From contig OX597820.1 of assembly GCA_951406725.2 (NCBI GenBank), forward strand, positions 89,528,001 to 89,592,000: 64,000 nt of DNA, in the 5' to 3' direction. A program made the translations under genes and the position numbers. Position 1 is the first letter of the stretch. Each line of letters starts with the position of its first letter. Under the pieces are notes generated by a model that made no database searches, was not told the DNA's origin, and saw only the letters and a list, made by a program, of their open reading frames with translations. Positions 11,269-25,900 of the stretch are shown here, piece after piece. The DNA is from Octopus vulgaris (Eukaryota).

Positions 11269-12353
11269 TGGCGACAATGAGTATGATGACGATGTTATTA
11301 CTTATTCCCATAAGCTATCAATTGGCTGTATCAAATGAAACACGAAGAGGTAGTTCATCTGTCATCCAAACTTCGTTCTTCAAACTCCTGTGGGCAGGTT
11401 ATTTTAGATGCCACTTCCTATCATTCGGTTATTGATTCGTTTATTATTGATCTGCTTCAGACTTCGCTATCGTCTCTACTTGATATCATGAAACCGTTTT
11501 AAACTAAGAACCTAATTGTAGAAAGATATATGATTTCAAATCACTAGCATTAATCACAACGTCTCGCTACACGGTCATCTTTCTTCCTCATATCACATTA
11601 GCGAATAATTCCATTCCCAAATGATATATTTCCATGGCATGACTCTTGCAGAGGCATTTCTTTCAGGATAAAGTTTAAAGGCTTTCATTTAAACTATTTT
11701 TTCTTTGTTATATTTGTTTTTATTTTGTTCAGCTTTCTTTTATTTCATTACACACACTGAAGATATTCAAAATAATAATAATGATAAAAAATAACAACAA
11801 CAACAACAAAAAACATAAAAGAATCAAAGCAAATGAATCGGAAAACAAGAAATCAAAGATAAAGATGAAAACAGTATAAGAGCATTTCTAAAATATCATT
11901 TCTCATTGGATTTGAAACAAATCTGTTCCGAATCTTTCATACGGCAGATAATTGTTAATATGAGCTTGTCTGGCGTAGATCGTCGGAGAACAAAACGTTA
12001 AGTTCAGATGACTTGCGTTGAACCGAGTTTGCAATGCGGTCTCGATTCCCGGTTGAAGTCTTATGACATCATTATTATCACTATGGAGTCAGAAAAGGCT
12101 GAACAAGATCCATATTTTGTAGGGCTTCTGAGACAGCTAGAACGAAGTGAAGAAGGGCTCACATCGTGGGTTGCTGCAACAGAAAGCAGTACAACAAAAT
12201 TATCAAATTGTTTTCAGGCTGCAGACATGATCCGAATGATTGCCGCTGAGTGCATTCAACTAAAGGCTGCCAAGGGCAGTGGTATTAAACGGATGATGCA
12301 TGAAATCTACTACGTAAATTTGCTCTTTAAATCCTCTTTGGGATATGTACTAA

Positions 12354-12357
<4 letters not shown>

Positions 12358-12425
<68 letters not shown>

Positions 12426-12555
12426 TTATTATAAAATATTGGATGTTGTGTAAAAAGCTAAAAAAGCAAAACGAGAGAGTTTACGCCTTATGACTTTTTG
12501 TAAATATTTTTGTTCTGGCTATGAAGAAGGAACACGAAAGAAAATCACATTGGTT

Positions 12556-12627
<72 letters not shown>

Positions 12628-12700
12628 TAGATGTATAGATATATAGATAGAGAGTGGGAACAGAAAGAGATAGATAGATAGAGAGAGATACAGATAACAA
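12358..12700. repeat. (TA)n, (GA)n and (GATA)n microsatellites separated by a unique spacer
   Basis: Seen directly in the sequence. Confidence 0.9.
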
Positions 12701-13229
12701 GAAATCAAGTAACTAGTTGTCGATTCATATGTGCTTCTGCACATCGGTGTCTTCACGACCAATATATTTTGCTATCAACTGACCCATTTCACATACACCT
12801 AACGAGGTGGTACATCATAGTATCAATAATTCAGTGTTGTATGCAACTGTAGAAATCAAGCTTACCTTGAGGGACCGTGTTCAACCTGTCCAAAAGACAA
12901 ACAGGGTTCCATTGATCCTATCTAGATTTTGTAAGAGCTTCTCCCATTCATTGATACCTCTCGTTATGATTGAGTCGCTTTTAGAACAGACAAACCGTCT
13001 AAAAATGAGAAATACAAAGTAAAGTTGTTGTTTTATATTAATGCTATTAATGCATTTTCATATGAGAAGTTATATCGATATATTATTACCTATTCAGCTA
13101 TGATAATTCAAGGGTAAAGATGGACAGGAATAAATGATTAAACATAGGACATGATACGCACATACATATACGCGTACGTACATACGTACGTACACACACA
13201 CAAACACACATACACACGTAGGCACACAC

Positions 13230-13472
<243 letters not shown>

Positions 13473-16124
13473 GAGAGAGAGATGAAGGAATGGAGAGGGT
13501 GAGAGAAAGACTAGTGCGTCTAGACATGTACTACTTTCTCGAAATAATTTTAGTACGCGGATAGATAAGGTATACTACATTTATAAACAACATACCTATG
13601 TTATATAGCTTCTAAGAAGAATTAACATTTGGATATTTTCTTTTAATGGCAGCAATAATTCTTTCCACTCGACCATTATTTATCTCTTTTATCTGCAATT
13701 TGTCTTTTCCGAAATTGCCCTCCAATGCCTGTTATTTCTTTGGATTTATTCCATACTTTCACTGCTTTAACTGTGTCTTGCTTGTTAGACGAGACAAACT
13801 AGCTCGGTTATACAAATCATCTATAGCAGCAATAATATATTGCTTCGATATAGCAAACATTAATGATACAGTTTCCATTTACTTCCATAAAATATCAGAA
13901 GTTTTAGTTAAGGTCTCAGAAATTGTCTTATGAAAACCAGTTTGTAAACATCAAAAAGACAAAAAAAGTCAATAAAAGAAGCAGCAAGAATAACAATAAT
14001 AGCCATAATGGCCACAACGACAACAACAACAACAATAATAATACTGTCAATTTCTTTTACTGGCTATAAGGACTCCAGAGTTTGGGCAGAATTCAAAACA
14101 AGATAGCACAAATAAGCAATAAAGATAATAAATCTTTTTTATATTAGCTACAAGGATTCGAAGAGATACCGAAAAATACAAGATAACGGGAAATAGGGGG
14201 CAAACAAAAACGTTTGGAATGAGATAGAAAAAGTTATATAAAGACTGAGGGACCGGTGAAATAGGTTATACAAGTATATAATGGGACGTGTTAAAAATTT
14301 AGAAAGCGAAAATTTACACGGAGATAAGCAAAAATGGTTACGATGAAACTCATAATGATTGAGACACAAGTTATTTATATAAAATTCAAACCTTCAATTG
14401 CGTTGAGCAGGGTACCCCACTTCCTTGATTTGTTTAGAATTCAAGATTCTAAAATCGTCCAAGTGAAAAACTATGACTTTTTGATCGCTGAAATATAATA
14501 TTTCTCAAAGTGTATCTGAAATCTGAACTCATTTTCTGTCGTTTTTAAGCTGATCGATATGTGATCTCATTTCCTTCTCGATCTGCACTTCATTTAGGTA
14601 TTCTTTGTTCATACTGTATATATGTTGTATTAAAAATTCGTTATTCTTGCGTGAATGGCTGTGGATTTCCCTTCATGCATTTCGTGAGCTAGTAACATCT
14701 AGCAGTTCATTGGATTCTCTTCATAAGATAAGAATGTTTTTCACCGAAAGAGATCTGCTCTGTTTTACATTTGTGAAAGATTTTCTTGCTTATTTTTCTG
14801 TTGGGCTTCTCAAGCTTATTTTTAAAGGCAGATTTTCCCCATTAACCTCTGTTTGGTTTTCATTCTCATAAGTAGATGTGCTCGAGCTGCCGTTACTGTA
14901 ATTGCTGCTGTGCTTGACCTTCCTTGTTTTATCCAATAGTAGCTGGGAGAAGGGGATTTTGAGTCACAAGCCTCCCTTCCAGTACCGAGGACGGGATATT
15001 TTCATTTGCTGACGTATGAGTTGCGTCAGATGTTACTCCTTCCTTGATTCGTTGTTGCTTCGCAATTTTACGTTTTCTGTGCAGATGAGCTTTGCCTCCA
15101 CATGTGTGGCAGCTGGGTCATCTGCTTCGGATGCTGAGTTTTAATGACATTCTCTCAACATTTCTTCAGGTCACCGTCCTGATATTGTTTTCGGATCTTG
15201 CTGATTCACTAGGACTTATATGTCCATAGTGTTCCCTCACTGTTACATATCTTCTAAATAGTTCATCAGTACTGGTCTCCTGTCCATATTCTATAGCCAA
15301 AAATCAACATTATTACCAATACCTCTCATGTTGACTTTTTTGCTCCTCTTTCCAAATATTATGGAACCAGCCTGCAAACTAGTTGTACTTGCGCTTTTGC
15401 TCCGCTTTCTGTTTTAAAGATGACTTTTATAATACCGTATATTCTTTCTCGCTCAGTGTAGAATATTTCACTTGGCATATCTCCCAGGATCGTCTCTAAT
15501 TCCCGTTTGCATAAAACGTACTTGACCAGGAATAGGCAAGATATGTTTATTTGTTCACAGCGTCTGTGGTCAATTATGGAAGGTTAGCGCCAGTCCGATG
15601 AACAAAATTTTCTCAGCTTTGGATCTTCTTGCCAAATGTCCCTATTAATTGACCATTTGTTTAAAAGGACCCTAGCAATAAACATCATTACGCAGTTCGT
15701 GTTTACTCTTGAAACGATATGTGAATGCATATTGCTATTTTCAAGATTCTTACATGGTATAGTTAAAAAGTGTGTGTGTTTCTTTTAATTCATGCAAGTT
15801 ATTGATGTTTGGCGTTGCAATTAAATTAACATTTTGTATTTTTGTACATTTCCTACCCGTGAAGTGTTTTATTTTATACATTTTTCAGTCTTGCTTTTTT
15901 GGGGGCGTGATATGAAATGACAACAGAGAAAACAAAATTAACGCAGAAATCTTGTTTTTTTTTTCTTTTTTGTTAAATTCTGTAATTGTAGACTTCAATC
16001 AGTGCGAAGTTATCTGTATGCGAGTAATTTTTTGTAGTTAGAAACACGTAAAACTAATTAATCAAGTTAAATGTATTTTTTTTCTCGGTGTGAGCTGAGG
16101 CCTACATGCATCCACAGTAGATAA

Positions 16125-16320
16125 TGGCTTCAAATTTTGGCACAAAGCTAGCAATTGTAGGGAGGTTTTAAGTTGATTTCATCTGGTACTTATTTCATCG
16201 ACCACGAAATTACGACAAAGTCAACGTCGGCGGAATTTGAACCCAAAACGTAAAGTTAAATGAAATGCCACTAAGAATTTTGTCCGGCATGCTAATGATT
16301 CTACCATATCATCGTCTTAG
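16125..16320 (-). mobile_element. Degenerate SINE family 1
   Basis: Contains ggcggaatttgaacccaaaacgtaaag…gctaatgattctacc. Confidence 0.7.
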
Positions 16321-16794
16321 CCGCAGGGAACAAGAGTTTAAAATTTCGACCCCGAATGGATGACAGGTAGCAGGACATTTCCGGCAAATCGCCACCTTAG
16401 TTTATGAGTATGTTGCAAATTTTCCATCTTAACTATTTCTATGAATTATTGTCTCAAGATTGATTGTATCCAATGTTTACGGAGGACATCAAATTTGTTG
16501 CGATTACAAGCTAAAATGTATTACTGGATTAGAAAGTTGCTGGTTCCACAATAGACATGTCAAGTTCTAATTTCACCTTGAAGTTGGCAGCGATCTAAGC
16601 CATGCAAGTTGGGAAAGAACTCGGCAGCTGTCATACGTCTCATCCGGACAAAAATATCTACATTACAGCTGTAAATATTGCTTCCCAGGTTTGGAAGACT
16701 GTCTACCGCAGATTATCAAATTCAGTTTAAATGTTGGATATAGTGATAAAAATGAGGGCATGTCTTGGCTTTTCCTTAGCTGATACGAAGGCAA

Positions 16795-16928
16795 ATTTAT
16801 CAATCTCGAAAGGATGAAAGGCAATGTCAACCACGGTGGAATTTGAACTCAGAACGCAAAGACGGACGAAATACTGCTGAGCGGTATTTCGCCCGGCTTG
16901 CTAGCGATTCTCCGAGCTCGTTACCTTA
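16795..16928 (-). mobile_element. SINE family 1, 5' half
   Basis: Contains aaaggatgaaaggcaatgtcaacc…tttgaactcagaacg…gctagcgattct. Confidence 0.8.
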
Positions 16929-16954
16929 ATAACAAGAATAAGAATAAGAAGACA

Positions 16955-18345
16955 GACCTAGATTCTCTGATCCAGACAGTGAAAGTATTTGGTAAAGATA
17001 CTGGAATACAGGTTGTGGTAGATAAATGCTAAGTGCTAATTATGAAGTGAGGTCGGAAGGTAAATTCTGATGACATAAAATTACCTCAAGGCAGTATCAT
17101 TAGATCAGTAGTGAATAATTAGGGATATAAATACCTAGAAGTGCTGCAAGACGATAGGATAATGGAAGGAGAACTGAGGGAGAAAGTCACTAAAGAATAC
17201 AAGAGGTAAATTAGGAAGGTGCTCGAAATAAAATTAAATGGTGGGAACATCATTATAGCCACAAATTCATGGGTTATGTTAGTATTAAGATATTCTGCTC
17301 CATTTCTGAAGTGGATCATGGTTGAGCTGCATAACTTCAATAGAAGAGCAAGAAAGCTACTCAAAATGCGCACTCTTTTCCATCCTAAAAGTAATACTGA
17401 CTGACTCTACCAAAAAAAGCAAAGTGGTAGGGGATTTCTAAGCGTAAAAGAGACTGTTAGTACTGCGGTACTAGATCTGAAAAATTATGCTGTGCAGAGT
17501 AAAGAAGGAATACTTTCGGCAGCCGGAGACACTTAAAAAGTGATTGAAACAATAGAAGAATTCATGTAGGAGAAATGAAGTAGAACAGAAGAAACAAATG
17601 CAAAGAAATGGAATTACACGGATAATTCATGCAACAAATCGAGAATGTTGGAAGTAAAGATCGTTGGGTTTGGTTGATGGGTGGGAACTTGAAACGAGAG
17701 ACAGAAACGCTTATAACCAGTCTGGAACAAGCCTTTAGAAAAAAATCTGATGACATTTTGAGTGAGTGCAGTATACTAGCACAAAACGAATATAAACACA
17801 GCCGTGACTGTGTAGGCAAAAGAGTGCATTGGTATGTCAGCCGAGTGTGTTGCTTCAAAACAATAAAAAAGTGGTATGAACATTCACCAGAGGCTGTAAA
17901 AGAAACTGAGAATTACAAGATCATGTGAGATTTTTCCATAAAGACTGACCATAATATTGAAGCAAAAATACCAGATATAATTATAGTAGACAAAAAAACA
18001 AAAAAAAAACAAAGTGTGTAACATCATAGATTTTGCAATTACCTATGATAGTAGTTGCCAAAGAAATTGAAAAAAGTTCGAGAAATATCAAGATTTAGCA
18101 AGAGAGCTTCGGGGTCTGTGGAAGACCTCGTCACTTTTTAGTCTTGTAGTAATTGGTGCGCTTTGGTACACCATTTAAAATGCTATTGAAAAGACTGAAA
18201 GAAATTGGAACTGAAACTCGCATTGTTTCCCAGCAGAAAAATGCCATCTAATATTCTGCAAGAATCTCAAGACAGATTCTTTAGATTTGAGGAGACTTGT
18301 TGTCACCGAAGCTTAAAATAGAATATATGCAAACTATATTAGCAT
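16955..18345 (+). mobile_element. 5'-truncated degenerate R4/Dong-like retrotransposon
   Basis: YKYLEVL, KLNGGNII, LFHPKSNTD, LKRETETL, RVHW, PDIIIVD and EKYQDL motifs across frameshifts; followed by (CAA)(CAT)(TAT)n. Confidence 0.85.
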
Positions 18346-18356
18346 ATACCAGGGAA

Positions 18357-18385
18357 ACAACAACAACAACAAAACATCATCATCA

Positions 18386-18482
<97 letters not shown>

Positions 18483-18510
18483 CATTATTATTATTATCAT
18501 AATCATCATT
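18357..18510. repeat. (CAA)n(CAT)n(TAT)n microsatellite
   Basis: Seen directly in the sequence. Confidence 0.95.
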
Positions 18511-19254
18511 ATGAAAGTATATTAGAATATAGGTGAAGTTATTCATGTTGAGTCGCTGATTTAAAGTGAATATGTATTAAATATTCATTAAACATCTTCG
18601 TGAAATATGTTCATACAGAAAAGATAGAGAAAGTTTTTTTTTCTGTATATTTTACATTAAGCCTCATGATTCGATATTATATATAAACAAAATTTCACCC
18701 ACCTCCGCGTGTTCTTAGAAATCTCCTCAAAAGCCAGAACAAGCTTATCTCAACAATCTTTCATGATGAAGAATAATTCAATAGATTAGCTAGTATGTGC
18801 ACTGGCATTTTGTGGCTTCAAAGAAACCATTAGATATAATAGTCGTTTGATAACGAATAGGAGTAGCCTTTGGAAGGAAAACAGGGAAGCAGCCTACCAT
18901 TTTCTATAAATGTAAGTACACATATTGGTAAAAACCATTCCTTAAGTAGTAAGAACCTAATTTCCTTCCGAAGAGAAACGAAGGTAAAACTTTAATACAT
19001 ATTCATATAAATATAAGTTACTCAATATCAGTGAAGTTCACACATAGTGTAATAGAGCTGAATAGTGATAAAATAAGGATGAATGTTAAACCAAGGAAAA
19101 AAAATTCAAAAGAGAGCGGGAATGCAATTGTATTTCTCAAGGAAACTATCTTGAAGAATTAGTTCGATAAGTAGTCATTTTTTTTAACATGAAATATTCT
19201 TATATTTATCACTAATCATAACATAACTATGCATTTCACATATTGAAAAGAAAA

Positions 19255-19720
19255 TTAGACTCAGTGGAGTACTGCACCGACATGCGGAACGATGCAGCAA
19301 ATATTCATACACAGACAACCTGAGCCAGAGAAGAGCCGCTCGGCTGATTAGCACTCAGGCGGACCACAAGCTTCCTGTGTCGTTTGTCTGTCATTTTTCT
19401 AGTTACAATAGTAGCCTGTGCTCCGTTCAGCTAGCTGGTCTCACAAGTGGAGGTCTACTATTTGATTAGCCCAACCAACTTTCTCGCCTCTCCAGCTCTT
19501 TGTGCCCTTGGACATCCAACCACTTCTTTCCTTGTGCTAACTACTTTGTCCTGTCCTTCATCCATAGAACATCGGCCTTCTGGAATCTCCTCACCGTTCC
19601 TGCAACAGTTGACCTGGTACAGATTAAGCAGAACATTAATGACTTAATTCTCATCAATTTCTGAAGTTCTGCAAGGGTCACAGACTCTATCTCACCCTCT
19701 AGACTTAACAAGTGAGAAAA
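19255..19720 (+). mobile_element. CR1/Jockey-like LINE 3' remnant
   Basis: Decayed translation VEYC…HTD.L.QRRAARLI…YNSSLCS.QLAGL…SFIHRTSAFWN…DL.QIKQNIN resembles an RT C-terminal region; related to 25495-25900 and 54790-55140. Confidence 0.6.
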
Positions 19721-20000
19721 GAAACCCCAAAAGTAAGACACAAAGATTTCAACATATATATGCAATTTGAAAAATAATAGTGACCCACATATTAAATGAA
19801 GAAATTTGAAAAGCGTATTGACTTATAACGAAACGAATGCTATTTTTTCTGGAGATTTTATATCTGGTAAAACTTATTCGTTTTGAAAGATTAAAATAGA
19901 ATGCTGAGTAATTAGAGAAACACCTTTGCTAAGTGTTTTGACTATATTTTCGTGCCGACCTTGTGAATGGATTCGGCTGATGAACACTGAAAGAAAACGT

Positions 20001-20050
<50 letters not shown>

Positions 20051-20051
20051 T

Positions 20052-20084
<33 letters not shown>

Positions 20085-20088
<4 letters not shown>

Positions 20089-20294
20089 CTCTTCTACTCT
20101 TTTACTTGTTTCAGCCATTTGACTGCGGCCATGCTGGAGCACCGCTTTTAGTATATTAGAGCAAGTCGACCCAAGGACTTTGTAAGCCTAGTACTTATTC
20201 TATCGGTCTTTTTGCTGAACCGCTAAGTTACGGGGACGTAAACACACTAGCATCGGTTGTCAAGCGATGTTGGAGGGACAAACACAGACACACA

Positions 20295-20337
<43 letters not shown>

Positions 20338-20534
20338 GCATATATACGCACACATATACATATACACATATACAATGGGCTTCTTTTCAGTTTCCGTCTA
20401 CCAAATCCATTCACAAGGGTTTGGTCGGCCCGAGGCTATAGTAGAAGACACTTGTTCAAGGTGCCATGCAGTAGGACTGAACCCGGAACCATGTGATTGG
20501 TAAGCAAGCTACTTACCACATAGCCACTCCTACA

Positions 20535-20535
<1 letters not shown>
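20085..20535 (-). mobile_element. tRNA-derived SINE family 2 with an internal (CA)n/(TA)n tract
   Basis: Minus strand: ggagtggctatgtggtaagtagcttgc…ccgggttcagtcc…cttgaacaagtgtcttctactatagcctcggg…, then a microsatellite, then the tail …gctccagcatggccgcagtcaaatggctgaaacaagtaaaagag. Confidence 0.85.
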
Positions 20536-20589
<54 letters not shown>

Positions 20590-20590
<1 letters not shown>

Positions 20591-20760
20591 TTTGTGTACA
20601 AGGTGCTTCCGCGCAGTTGCCACTTAAATAATTCACTCACAGAAAATTGGTCAGTCGAGCGCTACAATAAAAGATACTTGCACAAGGTTCCACGAAGCGG
20701 GACTAAACCCGGAAAGACATAGCAGCGAAGCGAGTATCCTATCCACACCGCCGCCATGCT
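20590..20760 (-). mobile_element. Degenerate SINE family 2, 5' part
   Basis: Similar to 20385-20535. Confidence 0.65.
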
Positions 20761-21269
20761 TTCGTCTATTTAGTTATATACACTAGTATCAATTACAGAG
20801 GTTAGGTAATGGAGGAAAATTACACATGAAAAGAATACCGAGTTACGAATTCTCTGGATTTTATGATATAAAAACCTAGTGCTGCGTAGTTATATAAATG
20901 ATATCAGAGACTGTGATACCAAACATCTAACGTAAGAATTACAAAAAAAAAAGTATTTATCGAGAAATAGCTATATTTAGGTACCTATATGTGGATACGA
21001 GTATTTTATGTATCTATCGATCATCTAAACAGTTTTCTTCGTCTGTATTGGTATTCACAAATAGATGATAGAGATATAATACTTGATTTGGTTAGGTCCA
21101 CAGTTTTACAGCAAGTGTAATGAGAGGATACATTCAGTGCATTCATCTTTTTCTATATTTTTCTTCTTCCAGTTTGTATTCTAATTAGTCACTGTCTACG
21201 TTGACATTGAATATATAAGAAAAATAGTTGAATTTATTCTTTCCATATCACCGCTCGTTCGCCGCGCTC

Positions 21270-21280
21270 ACGTATGTATG

Positions 21281-21332
<52 letters not shown>

Positions 21333-21484
21333 CATACATATATATATATATATACATATATAAATTTATATGTACACACATACATATGTAAACACAACCA
21401 CAAGTATATATATATGTGCATATCCATATATATATATATATAAGTATATATATACACATATATGTTTATGTATATGTATATATT

Positions 21485-21539
<55 letters not shown>

Positions 21540-21706
21540 ATATGTATATACGTACGTGTTTATACGTACGCATACAGATATATATATATATATATATATA
21601 TACGTATCTTTGTGTATATCCATACCTATACATATGCATATATATATATATTTATGTATGTATGAGTATATACATACATATATACATTTATATATATATA
21701 CATATG

Positions 21707-21752
<46 letters not shown>

Positions 21753-21774
21753 GACACTCATATATGCATATATA

Positions 21775-21828
<54 letters not shown>

Positions 21829-21830
21829 CC
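21270..21830. repeat. Long compound (TA)n/(TACA)n/(CA)n low-complexity tract
   Basis: Seen directly; explains the YI-repeat ORFs. Confidence 0.95.
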
Positions 21831-21981
21831 CAAAACACACAAGCGATGTAGTATTTAATTAACATAAACATCTATGTATGATACTAAATGTATACGCACT
21901 ATCCAGAAGGCAGTTACTCTAGTAATTGTCATGAGATAGTATCTCTTATGGATTTGTTGAGTTGAAAATGCCAGAACTATT

Positions 21982-22040
<59 letters not shown>

Positions 22041-22318
22041 GGGAGAGAGAGAGTGAATCTCATAGACAGACTCACAGAGAGACAGCGAGATGAACATTCC
22101 TCCCAGCACTGTGCATCGATGACGCCTGGCGCAGTTCAGCCTATTTGGGCCTTCTCAATATCGTGTACACGCTGACAACCACATATCCGAACGAGACTTC
22201 ATCGTCTCTGATATTGGAAGCTGAGAATACAACACTGATGTTGTGAATAGCCGCTCGGTTTATTTAAAAATCCGCTGTACTTAACTGAGGAAGTATTTTA
22301 TTACAAAAAAGCTGTCTA

Positions 22319-23221
22319 TACGAGGTACCCCAAAGTAACCAGAAACGCCTTCTGTGGGGCACGTCTGTTGTAGTTCAGGCTTCTGTCGCTAGAGACCACT
22401 TGATGCAACCCTTAGACATCAGTATACCGATCGACACATCGCCTGGGGTCGTTCTCTCACGTGGCACGTCTTTGCTTTGCAATGTTTCTAACCTGTTACT
22501 CGGTTTTTGCGATAGCGGAAATGAAGGAACAGCGTGCTGCCATGAAATTCGGTTTTCTGCTGGGGAAAACAGTGGTCGAAACAGTTGTCATGCTTCAAAC
22601 AGCTTAAACCAACTCTGCCAATGGCAAAACACATGTTTACGAGTGGTTTCCATGCTTTAGGAATGAGCCGTTTTCGGTTGATGCCCAACCTCGTTTAGAA
22701 CGACCGAACGAATGAAAACATTATGAAACTTCATGAACTGATCTTGGAGGACCGCCATCGAACAATTGACGAATTTATTGATATGACTGGTGTGTCCTGG
22801 AGCTCCTGCCAACGAATTTCGACCGAAGAATTGCGAATGAAAAGAGCTGCAATAAAATTTGTGCCTTGCTTGCTCATGGGAAGTCAAAAGCAGTCACGAC
22901 TGAATGGTTGTCATGAACTGAAAGGACAGTTGAAAGTTGATCCGGACGGAAACTTTTCGAAGGTCATCACTGGTGACAGAAGCTGGTGTTACGGAATTTT
23001 CAGATGTGGAAAAGGTGAGGAGAAAAAAAAAACGACAGAGGCGTTAAAAGGTATCACATCGCAAGAGTTCCAGCGCTGCTTTGAACAGTGGAAAACGCGT
23101 CTGGACAAATGCTTTGCTTCAAACGGAGAATAATTTGAATGCGATATAAGTTTAAACATGTAAAAGCAAGTGAATAAAATAATATTGTATAATTACAGCT
23201 TCTTTGGGGTACCCCCTCGTA
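22319..23221 (+). mobile_element. Internally deleted mariner (Tc1/mariner) element
   Basis: TIRs TACGAGG(GG)TACCCCAAAG at both ends, with TA TSDs (22317-18, 23222-23). Transposase remnant EDRHRTIDE…KFVPCLL…KVITGDRSWCYG joined directly to the C-terminal FQRCFEQWKTRLDKC. Confidence 0.9.
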
Positions 23222-25049
23222 TATCATACATAATGCACACACACACACTATCATTAGGCTAGTTATCGTAGTATTATTCCTGAGGTAGCAAGCATCTATT
23301 ATGGGCTTGCTGTGTTAAATACACAATAAATAAGATAGAGACAGAGATAGATAGATAGGTAGATAGAGAGATGGAGATAGATAGATAGATATATAGATAG
23401 ATAGAGAGAGAGACAGAGAGACAGACATACAGAGAGAGAGATGAAAAGACTCGAAAATTTGCCCCTGCGAGAGCATCAAATACGTTTAGTGTACGTGCCT
23501 TGCTCCGAGAACGTGCATTGAAAAGGTACAAAATGGGGGGTAATGCGTCTGGCGCTCTCGCTGTGGACACACACACACACATACATACATACATACATAC
23601 CCACACACATAAATATATACCTATATACGTATATGTATACACATACAGCTGTCTGTTTATTGGATATTCTTCCAATTTTGTTAGGAATCTGCTTTACTTT
23701 GCTTTTATGAATTAAGTTTAATGGAATGACATATAGGGTCCATATATACATACAAAACACAGACACACACGCACACATAAGAATATGACGCCTAAAGTCT
23801 GAAATCTATATTCTTATGATTACTACGGAGTAGATACGCCTTCAAAAAACTGTATTCGAAAATGTAGTTTGTCATAACAATAATAATGTCGTATATTATT
23901 ACATAATATAATAAAGTAAATTCCTAGATTGTGTCTTCAATAGATATCGCACATTGTACATTAGGCTGTTGCCATTTTCATTTATTCTCTAGAAATATAT
24001 TGTACTCTTATAATACGTCCTATTGCGCATCGATATATTTTATGTCACGAAAAGGAAGATAACAATAATCTTATTGGACTTATCTCCCTTGGTTATTATA
24101 TTAAAGTATTGACAGGAAACTGTGACTGTAAATCTGATTTGTTGTAAGGGAGAAAAATATAAATAAAACAGACCATAGATCACAAGGTTCCTTTTTGGAC
24201 TTATAATATTAACTGGTATAAGAAAGGAGCATAGGCATGCGTCTCAAGATTAAATATTGCGCCTAATAATATCAATCTTCCTTTTACAGACGTCAGTTGC
24301 TTGTTATTCATTTACAAACAGCTTGGTCATTCGTTTTCTTTTTTCATACTGTTGAATATATCTGTATTCACATGTCTTTTTCTCGCGAGTAACTATCTAC
24401 AGCACAAGCTGAACAAGAAGTAAAAGGAATTTGAAACTGCAGAAAATAAGCACAACATAGGAAAGATTTATGAGAAATAAATTTTCCCAGCGAACGAAGT
24501 CATTAAAGTATTTTTGATTTAAACAGTACCTACAAAGCCTATGTCAGTTCAGTAGTGTTGCGTGATAATTTATCTGCAATTGACTAAATTTTCAGTTTAT
24601 GTACTATTAATGCAAATATTGAACCGACCAAGATGTTTTTTACCCACGAAATTGTTCAATGTAAAATCTATTGAAACATGTAAATATTTGTATTTAAAAA
24701 CAAACGTAATTTTCTATCTTTTAAGTTTACTTTATCATTTTCAATACATTTGAATAAGATAAATATTGATGGCATAGAAACACTGGTTATAGAAGAATCT
24801 CTTGGGACTGACTTATGATATAAACCACTTTAGTCTGTAGTAGAATGCGACAACGGTTGATGACCGAGTTGTTAGAGCCAAAGAATTCACCGACTGGTTG
24901 AGAATGACCTCTCCTATTGCTCGTATCGCGTTGAGGATTAAGATACACAGATCTTAACGACTGAGTTAGAAGTATCGAGGATGATGGAGGTCATCGATCT
25001 GAGACGCGACTTCATTGTGTAAATGGAGTGTTTTTAATTTATTATTCTA

Positions 25050-25210
25050 AGTTCAGTTGTGTCTGGGGTGAGTCATTTTCTTTTTGTTCCTTATAATGTA
25101 ACACACTTACCGGTAAAATTATCACTTATTTCTTATTTTTCTTTTCCTAAAATTTTCGTTGCGTCTTGCAACGTTTTGAAAAGAAAATGACTCTCCGCAG
25201 ACACAACAGA
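25050..25210. repeat. Short repeat with ~29-bp inverted arms (possibly a Penelope-like terminal repeat)
   Basis: gttgtgtctggggtgagtcattttctttt versus aaaagaaaatgactctccgcagacacaac (2 mismatches). Family assignment is inferred. Confidence 0.5.
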
Positions 25211-25494
25211 ATATGCTTCAACACACGAACTCATAAAAAGAATCCTGCAAACCAAATCCCAAAACGAGTTCAATTCTTTCGAAAGAGAGGTGTTTATTCC
25301 AGTGGAAGGTATATCTTCCATTTACGTAACACCTCAGATGTTCAAGTTGCGTGGCGGACATATATATTGTCCTGATTAGGATACTGTAAGCTAAGTCATA
25401 CAACATGCCAAGTAGTGGCTATTACATTTTCAGCTATATTAATGGTTTGGTTTGGAGAATATAATACTGGTTCAGAATCTCCGTATGCTCCCGC

Positions 25495-25900
25495 TGAGAC
25501 TGACATTGTTAATGTTCCTCTTCAACAACTTAAAGTTTTACGAACCATGAACAATAAAGGAACTGAATGGCTTTAGGTCTCTAGATAAGTAAGGCTGGGT
25601 GAAGTGGATAGTGTGGGAACAGGATGAATGGAGGTAGATGCTATACGAGTGAAAAAAGGAGAAGGGATGACTGAATCGGGAGTATGAGAGAGGAGATGAC
25701 ATGAGACAAACCAGCGCTGAGGATCGGCGTTTACAGTAGTAGAAGTAGAAAAATTCGGGCTAAGGGATGGAGTGTGTTGCTGATCGAGCGGCTGTGTTTT
25801 TGGGTGATAGCTAGGATGTCTCTGTGTAGTGTAGCAGTGCCGTGCTTGATGTAATGTGAGAGCAACAATCCGTTGAATGAGCCTTGTAAAATACTTAGTA
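25495..25900 (-). mobile_element. CR1/Jockey-like LINE 3' remnant
   Basis: Minus-strand decayed translation (…TATLHRDILAITQKHSRSI…FYFYYC.RRSSAL…) is similar to 19255-19720. Confidence 0.5.

Noticed and set aside
12008-12493. 161-aa ORF as a host gene exon
   Set aside because: No recognisable domain or convincing splice sites, and the 3' third is (TA)n. It cannot be excluded without RNA-seq.
14500-15400. Possible retroelement N-terminal remnant on the minus strand
   Set aside because: Composition is suggestive, but I could not recover a diagnostic motif.
21228-21862. YIYI/HTHT/MYVC-type ORFs here and at 33.8, 36.4, 46.5, 50.0 and 56.0 kb
   Set aside because: Translations of microsatellites.
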